Source of the DNA: Williopsis jadinii
Lineage: Eukaryota
Direction: 5' to 3'
DNA: 64,000 nt
Assembly: GCA_024346625.1 (NCBI GenBank)
Contig: AP024664.1
Location: 4,340,001 to 4,404,000 of the forward strand
Part shown: piece by piece, positions 1-9,586 of the stretch
How the letters are laid out: each line of letters opens with the position of its first letter
How positions within the stretch are numbered: position 1 is the first letter of the stretch
The notes under the pieces: model-generated
Databases searched by the model: none
Told to the model about the DNA's origin: nothing
What the model saw: only the letters and a program-made list of their open reading frames with translations
Translations under genes and position numbers: made by a program

Positions 1-974
1 AGAAAGCGGTTAAATTGAAAGCGCTTGTTTTGGTGCAGAGGCAGGGAGAGCGAAGGGGCATCGTTGGATAATTGTCAATCAGGTGATGAATTGAAGACGT
101 CAAGTGAATGAAAGGGTAGGTTTTACGAGTCAAAGAGCCGGGTTCCTGGTGAGAAAGCATGTTTCTTGTTCAGCGGTATTAAGCCTTCTTGTTGACTATT
201 AGCCGCAATGTCGGATTAACTAATGCGCGTCGCCTCTCGCGGTACGGAACGCTCCACAGTTCAATTGGCACTGGCAGTGTACCCCAAGCGGTCTAAACAG
301 CCAATTGAATTACATCCAGCCAATGGTATATATCATGGCAGTGTGGCCGCATTCAAGATGGGCTCCAATACAACCTGTTTTACCCAATAGAGAGGAGCTT
401 GCAAGGTGCATGAAGGGGTTGTGTGACTCAAGCATAACCCCAACAGGAACAGGGCCTAAAACACCCATAAAAAAGTCCCACTGCGTCTAATACGCACTCT
501 GGAGACTCGACAAGCTACATCGGGAATGACTAATGGCATCTCCACAATGCACACCCTGTCTTTTATTCCACAATACGCGCAGAATCAAGCCAACATAACC
601 ATTTTCAAAACGCTTTTACATCTTCTGCGGGTCCCGACCCCGATAATTACACCGAAAAAGTCTTGACGCTATGTGTGCCTTTGCCACGGTCGAGAACTCG
701 TACAAAGTTAACTGGGTGATCATCGTCTTCTCCTCTTTAATACCACCGAGAATTAGATACAGAGTGCATGGGCAAATGAGACTAGGACGTCGAATTAAAC
801 TTCCCCAGAGGAGGCGACGGATAAATAAACAGGCTGCATCGTATGCGCCAGCGCCTAAGGCCCCGGTTATTAACCCGAGTGGGGAAATTGTGCTGTGGCC
901 TCTAAGCGACGTAAACTACATTCACTTACAACCAAGCAGACAAACCACGCCCTTCAACTATATAAAGGCATCCT

Positions 975-2600
975 TCAGTGATCTTTGTCTGTTGGGTCTA
1001 TTTGAAAGATCTTGTCGGCGTTCAACAGTCTCAGCGGATCCAGTGCCAGTTTAATACGTCTCATGGTGTCAACTGTAGGCTCGCCAACCTCCTGTACCAG
1101 GTACTGACGTTTACCAACACCAACACCATGCTCTCCTGTACACGTACCATCGTTCTCCAAAGCACGATCAACCATACGCCCAACCAGCTTCTTAGCCTCG
1201 TCTGCCTGTTCGTCTTTGTAGAGGACCAATGCATGGAAGTTACCGTCCCCGACGTGTCCTATGATGGTGTATTTAAAGCCGTTAGAATCCAGGTCCTGTT
1301 TAGTCTCATCAATCACAGCGGAGAGACGGGAGATTGGCACAGCAACGTCAGTGATGTAAACTTTAACGTCTTCAGATATGGTCTTCTTTCCCCAATCTAT
1401 GGTGGACCACAGACTCATACGACGTGCAGACCACAGCTCGGCCTTCTCTTCTTCTGTCTGTGCAAATTGGAACTGTGAAGAGCCATTATTCTTTGTGATG
1501 TCACGAATGGACTTGACGAGCTCGCCAACAATGGTCTTCGAGCCACCAATCTTGATCAAAAGAGTTGGCTTCTCAACCCATTGTTTGGAGGTTGACTTAA
1601 CAAAGTTGATGCACTTCATCATATTCGTGTCCAGCAACTCCACCGCATTGACCTGGATTCCCTTTGAAACAATATCGCTCACGGCATTCGTAGCCTGCTG
1701 GATATCATCAAAGTTAACCACTGCAACGGTCTCCTCCTCTGGCTTCACGTATAGCTTCAGCGTCGCCTCCGTCACTATTCCAAGGGTGCCTTCACTGCCT
1801 ACAAACAAGCCAGTCAAGTTATAACCAGCACTCGACTTTCTGGGCCTCTTCTTTGTCTTCACAATGGTACCGTCTGCTAGAACAACGGTCAAGCCCAGAA
1901 CGTTCTCCTTCATAGTACCATATCTAGCGGCATTTGTACCAGTGCATGACGTTCCCACCATACCACCAATGCAAGCACCTGGACCAGGGTCAGGGCCAAA
2001 CAGCAGCCCATATGGCGCCAGATACTCGTTCAGATCTTGCCAGCCGACCGCTGGTTGCACTGTGACGTCCAAATCGAGCTCATTGAGCTTAACAATCTTG
2101 TCCAGCCTGTTCAAATCGAGGGTTATACCGGCTCTCGAGGCGATGAACTGGCCTTCCAGAGAAGTGCCACCAGTGAAGGGCACGATGGGGACCTTGTACT
2201 TGTACGCCACCTTCATCACCTCACTCACCTCCTCAGTGGATACCGGGTACACAACAACACGGGGCACCTGGCCCGGTTTAGGGTGGTGTGTCTGGTAGTA
2301 CGAGTCGCTGTGGTGCTCAATATCAGACTGCGATATGCTCACATGGTCCACACCAACAATCTGTGTGATTTCATCAACAGCAGCGTCGAAATCACCAGAG
2401 GAACCATATTCAATTGGACTCAGGTGCTCAAGCTTCGTAGTAGAGCCGACAAAGAGCGGACCAGACGGCCTGTTCAGCGTGTAATAAGCAGTAGCAGCAC
2501 CCACACCTCCGAGGAAGTACACCACTGATGATGGCACCACGGAGGATCTCGCCAGCCTTAGCGGCCTGCTGAACCTACCAAACCTCAACCTGGAGAACAT
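975..2600 (-). CDS. DLD1: Mitochondrial D-lactate dehydrogenase (cytochrome), FAD-linked oxidase family
   Basis: FAD-binding motifs GGTSLEG, PDPGPGACIGGM, GSEGTLG, GHVGDGNFH and GEHGVG. First ATG at 2600 gives an Arg-rich presequence (MFSRLRFGRFSRPLRL); the ORF-track start at 2630 is TTG. Confidence 0.9.
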   Translation of the reverse strand: MFSRLRFGRFSRPLRLARSSVVPSSVVYFLGGVGAATAYYTLNRPSGPLFVGSTTKLEHLSPIEYGSSGDFDAAVDEITQIVGVDHVSISQSDIEHHSDSYYQTHHPKPGQVPRVVVYPVSTEEVSEVMKVAYKYKVPIVPFTGGTSLEGQFIASRAGITLDLNRLDKIVKLNELDLDVTVQPAVGWQDLNEYLAPYGLLFGPDPGPGACIGGMVGTSCTGTNAARYGTMKENVLGLTVVLADGTIVKTKKRPRKSSAGYNLTGLFVGSEGTLGIVTEATLKLYVKPEEETVAVVNFDDIQQATNAVSDIVSKGIQVNAVELLDTNMMKCINFVKSTSKQWVEKPTLLIKIGGSKTIVGELVKSIRDITKNNGSSQFQFAQTEEEKAELWSARRMSLWSTIDWGKKTISEDVKVYITDVAVPISRLSAVIDETKQDLDSNGFKYTIIGHVGDGNFHALVLYKDEQADEAKKLVGRMVDRALENDGTCTGEHGVGVGKRQYLVQEVGEPTVDTMRRIKLALDPLRLLNADKIFQIDPTDKDH

Positions 2601-2979
2601 CTGTGGATCAATGGCATTGAGCAGAGGCAAAGGATCACCACATGAGCCTCCAGAGTAGCATTTATATACCCAGACAAAGCGGTGAAGCCACAGTACAGAG
2701 GTCCGCCATTATGACCGCTTTGGGAATGGTTACCGTAACGGGTGAACGTTCAATGGCACCGACCTATTTGGTACACGTACACTGGTATAGACCATCACTA
2801 GCAGTACAATGAGCGCTTCAGAATAATCTTCTCATGAGTTATAATTTTACCGCCCTCGGCCCACCCTCCGGAGCTTCTTGCGAGTGTCTGCTGCGCAGAG
2901 GCGGTGGAAAAACATCAACAAACATCATCGAAAAACTTCATCACAAACCACCAAAGAAAGACGCTGAAATGGCACCGTG

Positions 2980-5220
2980 ATGGACCCTCTGATCGCGAAG
3001 CTGGAAGAGGCCACTAGGGCCACGGGGAAGGGCAAGGCGCTGCGCCGGGAATTCGCCGTCGCAAATCACCATTCCAAGCTCACGTCGTGGAGATTCAACG
3101 AGTGGGACTACGGCAAGCCCAAGATCAAACTGCCGTGCAATGCTCGAGGCCTGTTCACGATGGACGGGCGGATCGTCGTCAGAGGCTACGACAAGTTCTT
3201 CAACGTGGACGAGGTTGCTTCCACCAGGTGGAGCTCGATCGAGAGCGAGACACAGGGCCCATACACCGTCACTGTGAAGGAGAATGGCTGTATCATCCTG
3301 GTGAGCGGGCTGGAGGACGGTACGCTTGTTGTATGCTCAAAGCACTCGTATGGCTCACGACAGGACATCAACAGGAACCACGCGGCGGCTGGCGAGGAAT
3401 TCCTGTGCCAGCAGCTACAGGCACACGGTGTTGAGCCTAGAGAGCTTGCTCTCTGGCTCCACGACCAGAACGTCACGGCGGTTGCGGAATACTGTGATGA
3501 CTCGTTCGAAGAACACGTTGTTGAGTACTCACGAGAGCACGCTGGGATGTACCTCCACGGTATAAACAGCAACGAGGCAGCTTTCAGGACGATGCCGATG
3601 CCACAGGTGCGTGAAGTTGCCGACAAGTACGGCTTCAGAGCTGTTGACTACTTCACCGTGGAGTCTGTTGGCGAGCTGAAGGCCACGCTGGAGACGTTTG
3701 CAAAGACCGGCATGTACAAGGGCAGGGAGACGGAAGGGTTTGTCATTCGATGCCATCGCGGTGGTGATGACTTCCTCTTCAAGTTCAAGTTTGAGGAGCC
3801 GTATTTGATGTACAGACAGTGGAGGGAGGTGACGAAGAGCTACATCTCTGACGGCGTGAGGAAGAACGTCACCAAGCACAGAGAGATCACCAAAAGGTAT
3901 CTGGACTTTGTTATACCACTGCTAGATGGAGACAAGCTGATGCGCGAGAGATACATGAATGGTCATGGTATTATTGAGTTGAGGAATAGGTTCCTGGAGA
4001 GCTCTGGAATGACTGCGTCCGACATCATCGATAACGAAGCCCTCAGGGAGCTGGACATGGCTGCGTTGATGGAAACCATGAAGATTGACGGGCATACGAA
4101 GTTCGTCTTAGTTCCAGTGGCAACCATTGGGTGTGGAAAGTCCACTGTCGGGCTCATCTTGAAGGAGCTGTTTCCGAATTGGTCAATGATTAGCAATGAC
4201 GACATACCGAAGGGGAAGAATGGTGCCACGCAGTTTGTGAAGCGTGGGCTGGAACTGCTGAAGACTCATAGTGTCGTTATCATGGATCGAAATAACCACC
4301 AGATAAGAGAGAGACAGCAACTGTTTGAGACTTTTAACAAGCTGTCCCAGGATTATTTGCAGCCAGAGGAGAACTTGCAATTTGTTGCCTTGAACTTCAT
4401 TCCCTCCGGTGTCGACATTTCCAAGGTACGCAGTGTGACAATGGAGAGAGTCATGGAAAGAGGCGATAACCACCAATCCATAAAGGCACACAGTGATTCC
4501 AACCTGGCTCAAAAGATTATGAATGGCTTTTTAAGCAGATTCCAGCCTATTGATGTAAACGGGGTCGATTCCAGCTTTGATCTGGTTATAGACTTGAACC
4601 CACTGGACCCAGAAGGCTCTATCAAGAATGCAATCACCGTCCTGAAACGGTTACAAGAGAAGTATCCACTCTTGGTTGATACTATTCCTCCAATTGAAGA
4701 CTTCAGAAGGGCATATGCTAAAGCCAGAGAGTTCAAGACAACGCTGGACAAGTTTAAAGTTGAAACACCTGTGATGTATTACAGCCTAGACATCCCAATG
4801 GGCCCAGTTATTCGAGCCATTGAGTCTAGCGTGCCAAATGACTGTACTTACTGGACTTTAAAGGCACAAGGACTCATTCAAAAGGAATTCCACGTTACTT
4901 GTGCGCACATTGCACAGAGGAAGAAGTTTTCCAAGCAGTGGAAACTGTATGGACAAGTGAAGGGAGATGTACGTGCTTCCATTACACTATCAAGAATCAT
5001 CTGGAACAAAGATATCGTTACTGTACTCGTTGAGGATGTCAAGTTCAAAGACCACGACGAATTACAGGTCTTGAATGAGTTCCCACACATCACTATTGGC
5101 TGCTCAGACAATGTTAAACCGGTTTATTCGAACACTTTGGCGTTGGAGTATTCCAAGGGCCTCGTCTCTAATTGTGAGCTACCAAGGATCACACTGGAGG
5201 CTGTATTGAAGTCTAACTAA
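2980..5220 (+). CDS. TRL1: Fungal trifunctional tRNA ligase (ligase, kinase, cyclic phosphodiesterase)
   Basis: RGYDKFFN, adenylation motif KENG, EGFVIR, P-loop ATIGCGKST, 2H motifs HVT and HIT. Convergent with ARG3 as in S. cerevisiae. ATG at 2980. Confidence 0.95.
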   Translation: MDPLIAKLEEATRATGKGKALRREFAVANHHSKLTSWRFNEWDYGKPKIKLPCNARGLFTMDGRIVVRGYDKFFNVDEVASTRWSSIESETQGPYTVTVKENGCIILVSGLEDGTLVVCSKHSYGSRQDINRNHAAAGEEFLCQQLQAHGVEPRELALWLHDQNVTAVAEYCDDSFEEHVVEYSREHAGMYLHGINSNEAAFRTMPMPQVREVADKYGFRAVDYFTVESVGELKATLETFAKTGMYKGRETEGFVIRCHRGGDDFLFKFKFEEPYLMYRQWREVTKSYISDGVRKNVTKHREITKRYLDFVIPLLDGDKLMRERYMNGHGIIELRNRFLESSGMTASDIIDNEALRELDMAALMETMKIDGHTKFVLVPVATIGCGKSTVGLILKELFPNWSMISNDDIPKGKNGATQFVKRGLELLKTHSVVIMDRNNHQIRERQQLFETFNKLSQDYLQPEENLQFVALNFIPSGVDISKVRSVTMERVMERGDNHQSIKAHSDSNLAQKIMNGFLSRFQPIDVNGVDSSFDLVIDLNPLDPEGSIKNAITVLKRLQEKYPLLVDTIPPIEDFRRAYAKAREFKTTLDKFKVETPVMYYSLDIPMGPVIRAIESSVPNDCTYWTLKAQGLIQKEFHVTCAHIAQRKKFSKQWKLYGQVKGDVRASITLSRIIWNKDIVTVLVEDVKFKDHDELQVLNEFPHITIGCSDNVKPVYSNTLALEYSKGLVSNCELPRITLEAVLKSN

Positions 5221-5244
5221 GTACATATGGATCGAATAGAACAA

Positions 5245-6243
5245 TCACTTGGTGAAGTCTCCCTTGTTGATGACAAAGGTATCGAGCACAGAGATTGCAG
5301 CGTACAATCTGTTTTCAGCCTCTGGGAATACTACAGAGTTCTCAGAGTAGAACACCTCATCCGTAACCTCTTCCTTGTGACGTGGAAGACAGTGCATAAA
5401 CTTCCAATTTGGAGCAGCCAGCTGTGTGTGCTCTTTTGAGATTTGGAAGCCCTTGAACTGCTTCAACTTCTGCTCAGTTTGTGATTCCTCGCCCATGGAG
5501 ACAAAGGTATCGGTGACAAGGATGTTGGAGCCCTTGGACACCTCCAATGGATCGTGAGAGAGGAAGAATGAGGTTCCTGTTTCATTGGCAACCTCCTTGG
5601 CCTTCTCAACGACAGAAGGATCCATCTCAATGCCCTGTGGAGTGGCAATCGCAACGTCGATACCAGATCTCAAGGAAGCAATGAACAGGTCGTTGATGAC
5701 GTTGTTGGCGTCTCCAATCCACGCCAATTTCAGACCCTTTGTCTCTGGGAATGTCTCCTTAATGGTCATGATATCGGTGATGGCCTGCAGAGGGTGGTAC
5801 TTGTCACACAGAGAGTTGATGATTGGAACATCGGAGTGCTTTGTGAGCTGTAGGATCTCGTCGTGAGAGTTTACTCTGGCAAACACGGCACTAACCATGG
5901 AGCTGATCACCTTTGTAGTATCGTACCAGGACTCATTGACTCCGAGCTGGATATCGTCTTTCCCCAAGAACATAGGCTGGGCACCGAAGAATGCAGAGGC
6001 ACCTTCCGACGACAGCCTGGTTCTGGTAGATCTCTTGGAGAAGATCAATGCCACCGTCTTTCCCAGCAACTTGTCGTGCTGGGCTCTGATGTCGTTGATG
6101 TCGTTCTTCTTGACAACGGCCTTGTACGCAATGGCCTTATCCACGAGGTGGTTGAACTCCTTGGTGGTGAGATCACTGATTGATATCAGGTGACGGATCT
6201 TCGACGATGAAGATGATGAGAACATTCTCTTTATGGACATCAT
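5245..6243 (-). CDS. ARG3: Ornithine carbamoyltransferase with a short putative mitochondrial presequence
   Basis: FSKRSTRTR carbamoyl-phosphate motif, HPLQ, SMG, HCLPR, EAENR. Confidence 0.96.
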   Translation of the reverse strand: MMSIKRMFSSSSSSKIRHLISISDLTTKEFNHLVDKAIAYKAVVKKNDINDIRAQHDKLLGKTVALIFSKRSTRTRLSSEGASAFFGAQPMFLGKDDIQLGVNESWYDTTKVISSMVSAVFARVNSHDEILQLTKHSDVPIINSLCDKYHPLQAITDIMTIKETFPETKGLKLAWIGDANNVINDLFIASLRSGIDVAIATPQGIEMDPSVVEKAKEVANETGTSFFLSHDPLEVSKGSNILVTDTFVSMGEESQTEQKLKQFKGFQISKEHTQLAAPNWKFMHCLPRHKEEVTDEVFYSENSVVFPEAENRLYAAISVLDTFVINKGDFTK

Positions 6244-6308
6244 TGTTTGTATACGGTTGTGAAGAAGAGTGTAGGGTTATTCCGATGTTGAGGTGTTACA
6301 GTGGGAAA

Positions 6309-6315
6309 GAGTCAT
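6309..6315 (-). promoter_or_regulatory. Gcn4-type site (ATGACTC) upstream of ARG3
   Basis: gagtcat on the + strand, ~66 bp upstream of the ARG3 start. ARG3 is a classical Gcn4 target. Confidence 0.6.
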
Positions 6316-6383
6316 AGGTTTTTTTTCCACCCACCCGGTGCCGTTCGTGGGGGCTCTGCCTACGCCGTCGCGCCCTGCCTAGG

Positions 6384-6448
6384 GCCTACGCGGAGAGCCT
6401 ACGCGATCAGCCTACACAGTCAGCCTACGCGGAGAGCCTACACGGGGA
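6384..6448. repeat. 13-bp minisatellite, 5 units (GCCTACRC.....)
   Basis: gcctacgcggaga gcctacgcgatca gcctacacagtca gcctacgcggaga gcctacacgggga. Confidence 0.9.
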
Positions 6449-6498
6449 GAATCGACTCCAACTAGACGGCACCAGCAATAAGATACAGCCTTGTGTGT

Positions 6499-7276
6499 TC
6501 ATTCACCGGCTAATAGCTTCACCTCATTGGCCAATTGGACCAGCTGGACGTTCCACTCGGCCCTCTTAGACGATAACTCCTCCAGGGACTCCAGTCTTTC
6601 CTGTCTTGACATCTCAAGCCGTTGTATCTCCAGCTCCAATTCCGATTTATAGTCTTTCCCATCTGGCAGTAGATTCATCTTGATAGCCGTACCTCCCGTA
6701 TCTGCTTCTCCTTCAAAGTCCAGCTCACTGGAACTGTTAGTAAATCTGCCATCATGGCCTTAAACCTTTACACTCACAGATCGTACATGGATTCCTTGAT
6801 CTCCATGTCACGTAGTTTCCTCTGCATTTCAGCATCCTTGGTGGTCAGTGGCAGCATTCCATCATCCAGTGGGTCCTCCTCGGGCTCCAGGATCGCATCA
6901 TCCTCCACTGGAACGGTTATGTACTCCTTAGCCTTACTCATCTTTTCCCTGATCTCGTTCATATACCCACCAACATCGTCCTTATACTCCTCGAAAAGAG
7001 GTATTGGTCTCTTTGCCAGCTTCACCTCGGCTGGTAGTCCCGCCTCCACGTCGTCCTCATCCTCAAAACCTTTGTTTACCGTCACTTTCTTCGCCCTCCC
7101 CTTCTTCTTCCTTGCTACCCTCTGTTAGTACTAAGCACACAGCCCATAAAGCCATCTAACTCACCTTTCACTTGCCGCACGGAGCTGGAAATGGTCTCGT
7201 TGTGATCCTCTCCTCCACCAGAACTATCTGACTCGTCGTGCTTGATGATAACACTCTTTGGCTTCCTTAAACTCAT
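6499..7276 (-). CDS. NTR2: Spliced gene, probable spliceosome disassembly factor Ntr2 (~225 aa). Exons 7276-7165, 7114-6778, 6727(or 6733)-6499
   Basis: Two introns, each with a GTGAGT donor (7164, 6777) and a TACTAAC branch point. Splicing joins the ORF fragments into one frame ending LLAGE*. The segment KEYITV...LDDGMLPLTTKDAEMQRKLRDMEIKESM and the C-terminal coiled coil resemble Ntr2 as recalled. Confidence 0.7.
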
Positions 7277-7352
7277 CAGCTTTCCTCTCCCTGTCTGCTC
7301 CTCTTCACAGTGCGATATGCGACCCGGTGTAAACTTTAAGCACGGAGAAAGC

Positions 7353-7378
7353 AAAAAAAAATTTCCTCGAGCGATGAG
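7353..7378 (+). promoter_or_regulatory. RRPE-like A-tract plus PAC motif (GCGATGAG) upstream of RPC34
   Basis: aaaaaaaaatttc followed by gcgatgag, typical of Pol I/III subunit and Ribi genes. Confidence 0.65.
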
Positions 7379-7430
7379 GTACTAAACAGCACTAACGAAG
7401 CCAGCGAAACAGAGAGAGGTGGAAGACACA

Positions 7431-8315
7431 ATGGACGAAGCCCAGAAGCTACACGAAGCCATGCTCAAGGAGCCCGAGAATACGTTCTTCTCTGAGCCGG
7501 AACTACGACACATTGCCGGTGTGGAAAGTGCTGCTGATCTCATGGTTATAGTGCAGGTGCTGTTGAACAAGAGCCTTGTTAAGCTGGCCAAACAGAACGG
7601 TGAGTTGAGGTTCCAGGCCGTGGACCCTCAGGAGGCTGCGAAGAGGTCGAACATGTCGGCTGATGAAGCAATGATCTACTCGCACATTGAGGCCAGTGGC
7701 CGTGAAGGTATATGGACAAAGACCATCAAGGCCAGGACCAATCTTCACCAACACATCGTGCTGAGATCGCTGAAGTCGCTGGAGTCTCAACGGTATATCA
7801 AAGTCGTGAAGAGTGTCAAGTTCCCTACCAGGAAGATCTACATGCTGTACCACCTGACTCCGTCCATTGAGGTCACTGGAGGTCCCTGGTTCACAGACGG
7901 TGAGTTGGACTCGGAGTTTGTTGATTCGCTGTTGACCATCATTTGGCGATTTGTCACCGGCAAGACATTCCCAAAGGTGTTCCAGACAGAGATGAGCTTA
8001 TCAAATAACCCCTTGTATGCTCCAAGCTACAAGAACTACTGTACAGTTGTCGAAATCCTGGAATTCATATCGAAGAGTCAAGTCACAAGTGAAGAGTTGA
8101 TTGAAAATGATATAAGATCTCTGTGTGAAGTCCTCGTCTACGATGACAAGTTTGAAAAGGTCAGCTTGGACTGCTATAGAAGCACGATGCAAAGCGTTGT
8201 GGACCTCAAGGAGGAGAGAATGGAGAACGATTTCTCGATATTCGATAGTGCGAGCTTCATGGCATCGGAGGAAGCATCCGAAGACGTTGTGTACTTCGAC
8301 GAATACCAGCTATAG
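7431..8315 (+). CDS. RPC34: RNA polymerase III subunit C34
   Basis: GREGIWTKTIK, KSVKFPTRKIYML, PSIEVTGGPWFTDGELD. First ATG at 7431. Confidence 0.95.
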   Translation: MDEAQKLHEAMLKEPENTFFSEPELRHIAGVESAADLMVIVQVLLNKSLVKLAKQNGELRFQAVDPQEAAKRSNMSADEAMIYSHIEASGREGIWTKTIKARTNLHQHIVLRSLKSLESQRYIKVVKSVKFPTRKIYMLYHLTPSIEVTGGPWFTDGELDSEFVDSLLTIIWRFVTGKTFPKVFQTEMSLSNNPLYAPSYKNYCTVVEILEFISKSQVTSEELIENDIRSLCEVLVYDDKFEKVSLDCYRSTMQSVVDLKEERMENDFSIFDSASFMASEEASEDVVYFDEYQL

Positions 8316-9446
8316 CTGCCATTTCAACCGTTTATATACAAACTTCTGCTCTCCGAAGTCGTCAAACCCATCAACGTACTGCTCCTCAACGACTCGTAAG
8401 CCAATCTCTTCTAATAAATTCCAGAGAAGCTGTCTTTCAGACTCGTACAGCTGTCTAAGGGGAATCTGTATAAGTAGCTGTGAATCTGAGCTTTTGGAAA
8501 GGAATCTATCAACCATATTAACCACCCATTGCGGATGCTCAGGTGAGTATATCGGGTCGGCAACGACAACAGTGGTGTACTTAACATCGGGACCTTTTAT
8601 CTCAACAAATGACGAAGGATCAGTCCAATCCAATACATAGCACTCTGAGTCAACGCTGTTCAGCTCAACGTTCTTCCTTAAGTTGTCCAGTATCTCTGGT
8701 AGATCAGTCAATACAACTTCATAGCCCAGCTTGCTGAGTGCTATACCTACTAGTCCTGTACCTGCCCCTAGTTCTAATATCTCACCATGAATATCCAGTG
8801 CCTCGTGTGTCTTTGCTAAGAGTTCACTCAACACCAGGGAAGATCCCCACGTCTTCAAGCCCAGGGAATCGGACGTGAGTGCAGGCTCATTGAGCAGGAT
8901 TGGGGTCTCCAGATGGTCAATGATGATCTTTCTGGTGAACTGTGGGCGTGCTGTTCTACCACAGTTCTCCGAGATCCTCAGAGAGGTCAGCTGCGCAATA
9001 TCAGCGTTCTCTATGAAGTGTGAAGACAGGATCTTGTTCAGGTATTGGAAAGTATCCTGGTTGAAAGGAACATCTGGCAGACAACGGGCCAGTTTCACGT
9101 ACCCGTGATCACTGAGCCACTGTAACGTGAAGCCGTAATCCTCAACATCAATGGACCTTTGCAACAGCAGCTGGTCCAGCATCAACGTCTCTTCCTTCCC
9201 GAAATTCGTCTCCTCGTTCCGTGCCAGCAGCTTCAGCAGTGATATGAGAACAGCAGCGGGCAACCGCCTGTTCAGCTGTGGGAAATCGAGTATGTGTAGT
9301 GGACCTTCATCAAGGCCTTCATCATCAACGTTAGGTATGAAGCCGCCTACATCACCATCGCGGAGAATAATACCGTTATTGGTATCCACGTGATCGTTGT
9401 CATCTGTAGAGTCCGGTGTGAAGAAGCTTAGCGGGTCAAAGTCCAT
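8310..9446 (-). CDS. EFM2: SAM-dependent protein-lysine methyltransferase (family 16, Efm2/Rrg1-like)
   Basis: MDFDPLSFF start, SENCGRTA, EPALTSDSLGLKTWGSS, ILELGAGTGLVG, LTDLPEI, ADPIYSPEHP. Confidence 0.8.
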   Translation of the reverse strand: MDFDPLSFFTPDSTDDNDHVDTNNGIILRDGDVGGFIPNVDDEGLDEGPLHILDFPQLNRRLPAAVLISLLKLLARNEETNFGKEETLMLDQLLLQRSIDVEDYGFTLQWLSDHGYVKLARCLPDVPFNQDTFQYLNKILSSHFIENADIAQLTSLRISENCGRTARPQFTRKIIIDHLETPILLNEPALTSDSLGLKTWGSSLVLSELLAKTHEALDIHGEILELGAGTGLVGIALSKLGYEVVLTDLPEILDNLRKNVELNSVDSECYVLDWTDPSSFVEIKGPDVKYTTVVVADPIYSPEHPQWVVNMVDRFLSKSSDSQLLIQIPLRQLYESERQLLWNLLEEIGLRVVEEQYVDGFDDFGEQKFVYKRLKWQL

Positions 9447-9586
9447 GGGAGAACCGGCAACTTGCGAAAGAGATGAGTATAAACAAGCCTGCGATGAGGT
9501 GGAAAAAGTTGTCGAGACTAACAAAAATACATACACAAACACAAGCGTGAAAACATCAACAAACCGATACCACGGAGACAGGCCCG

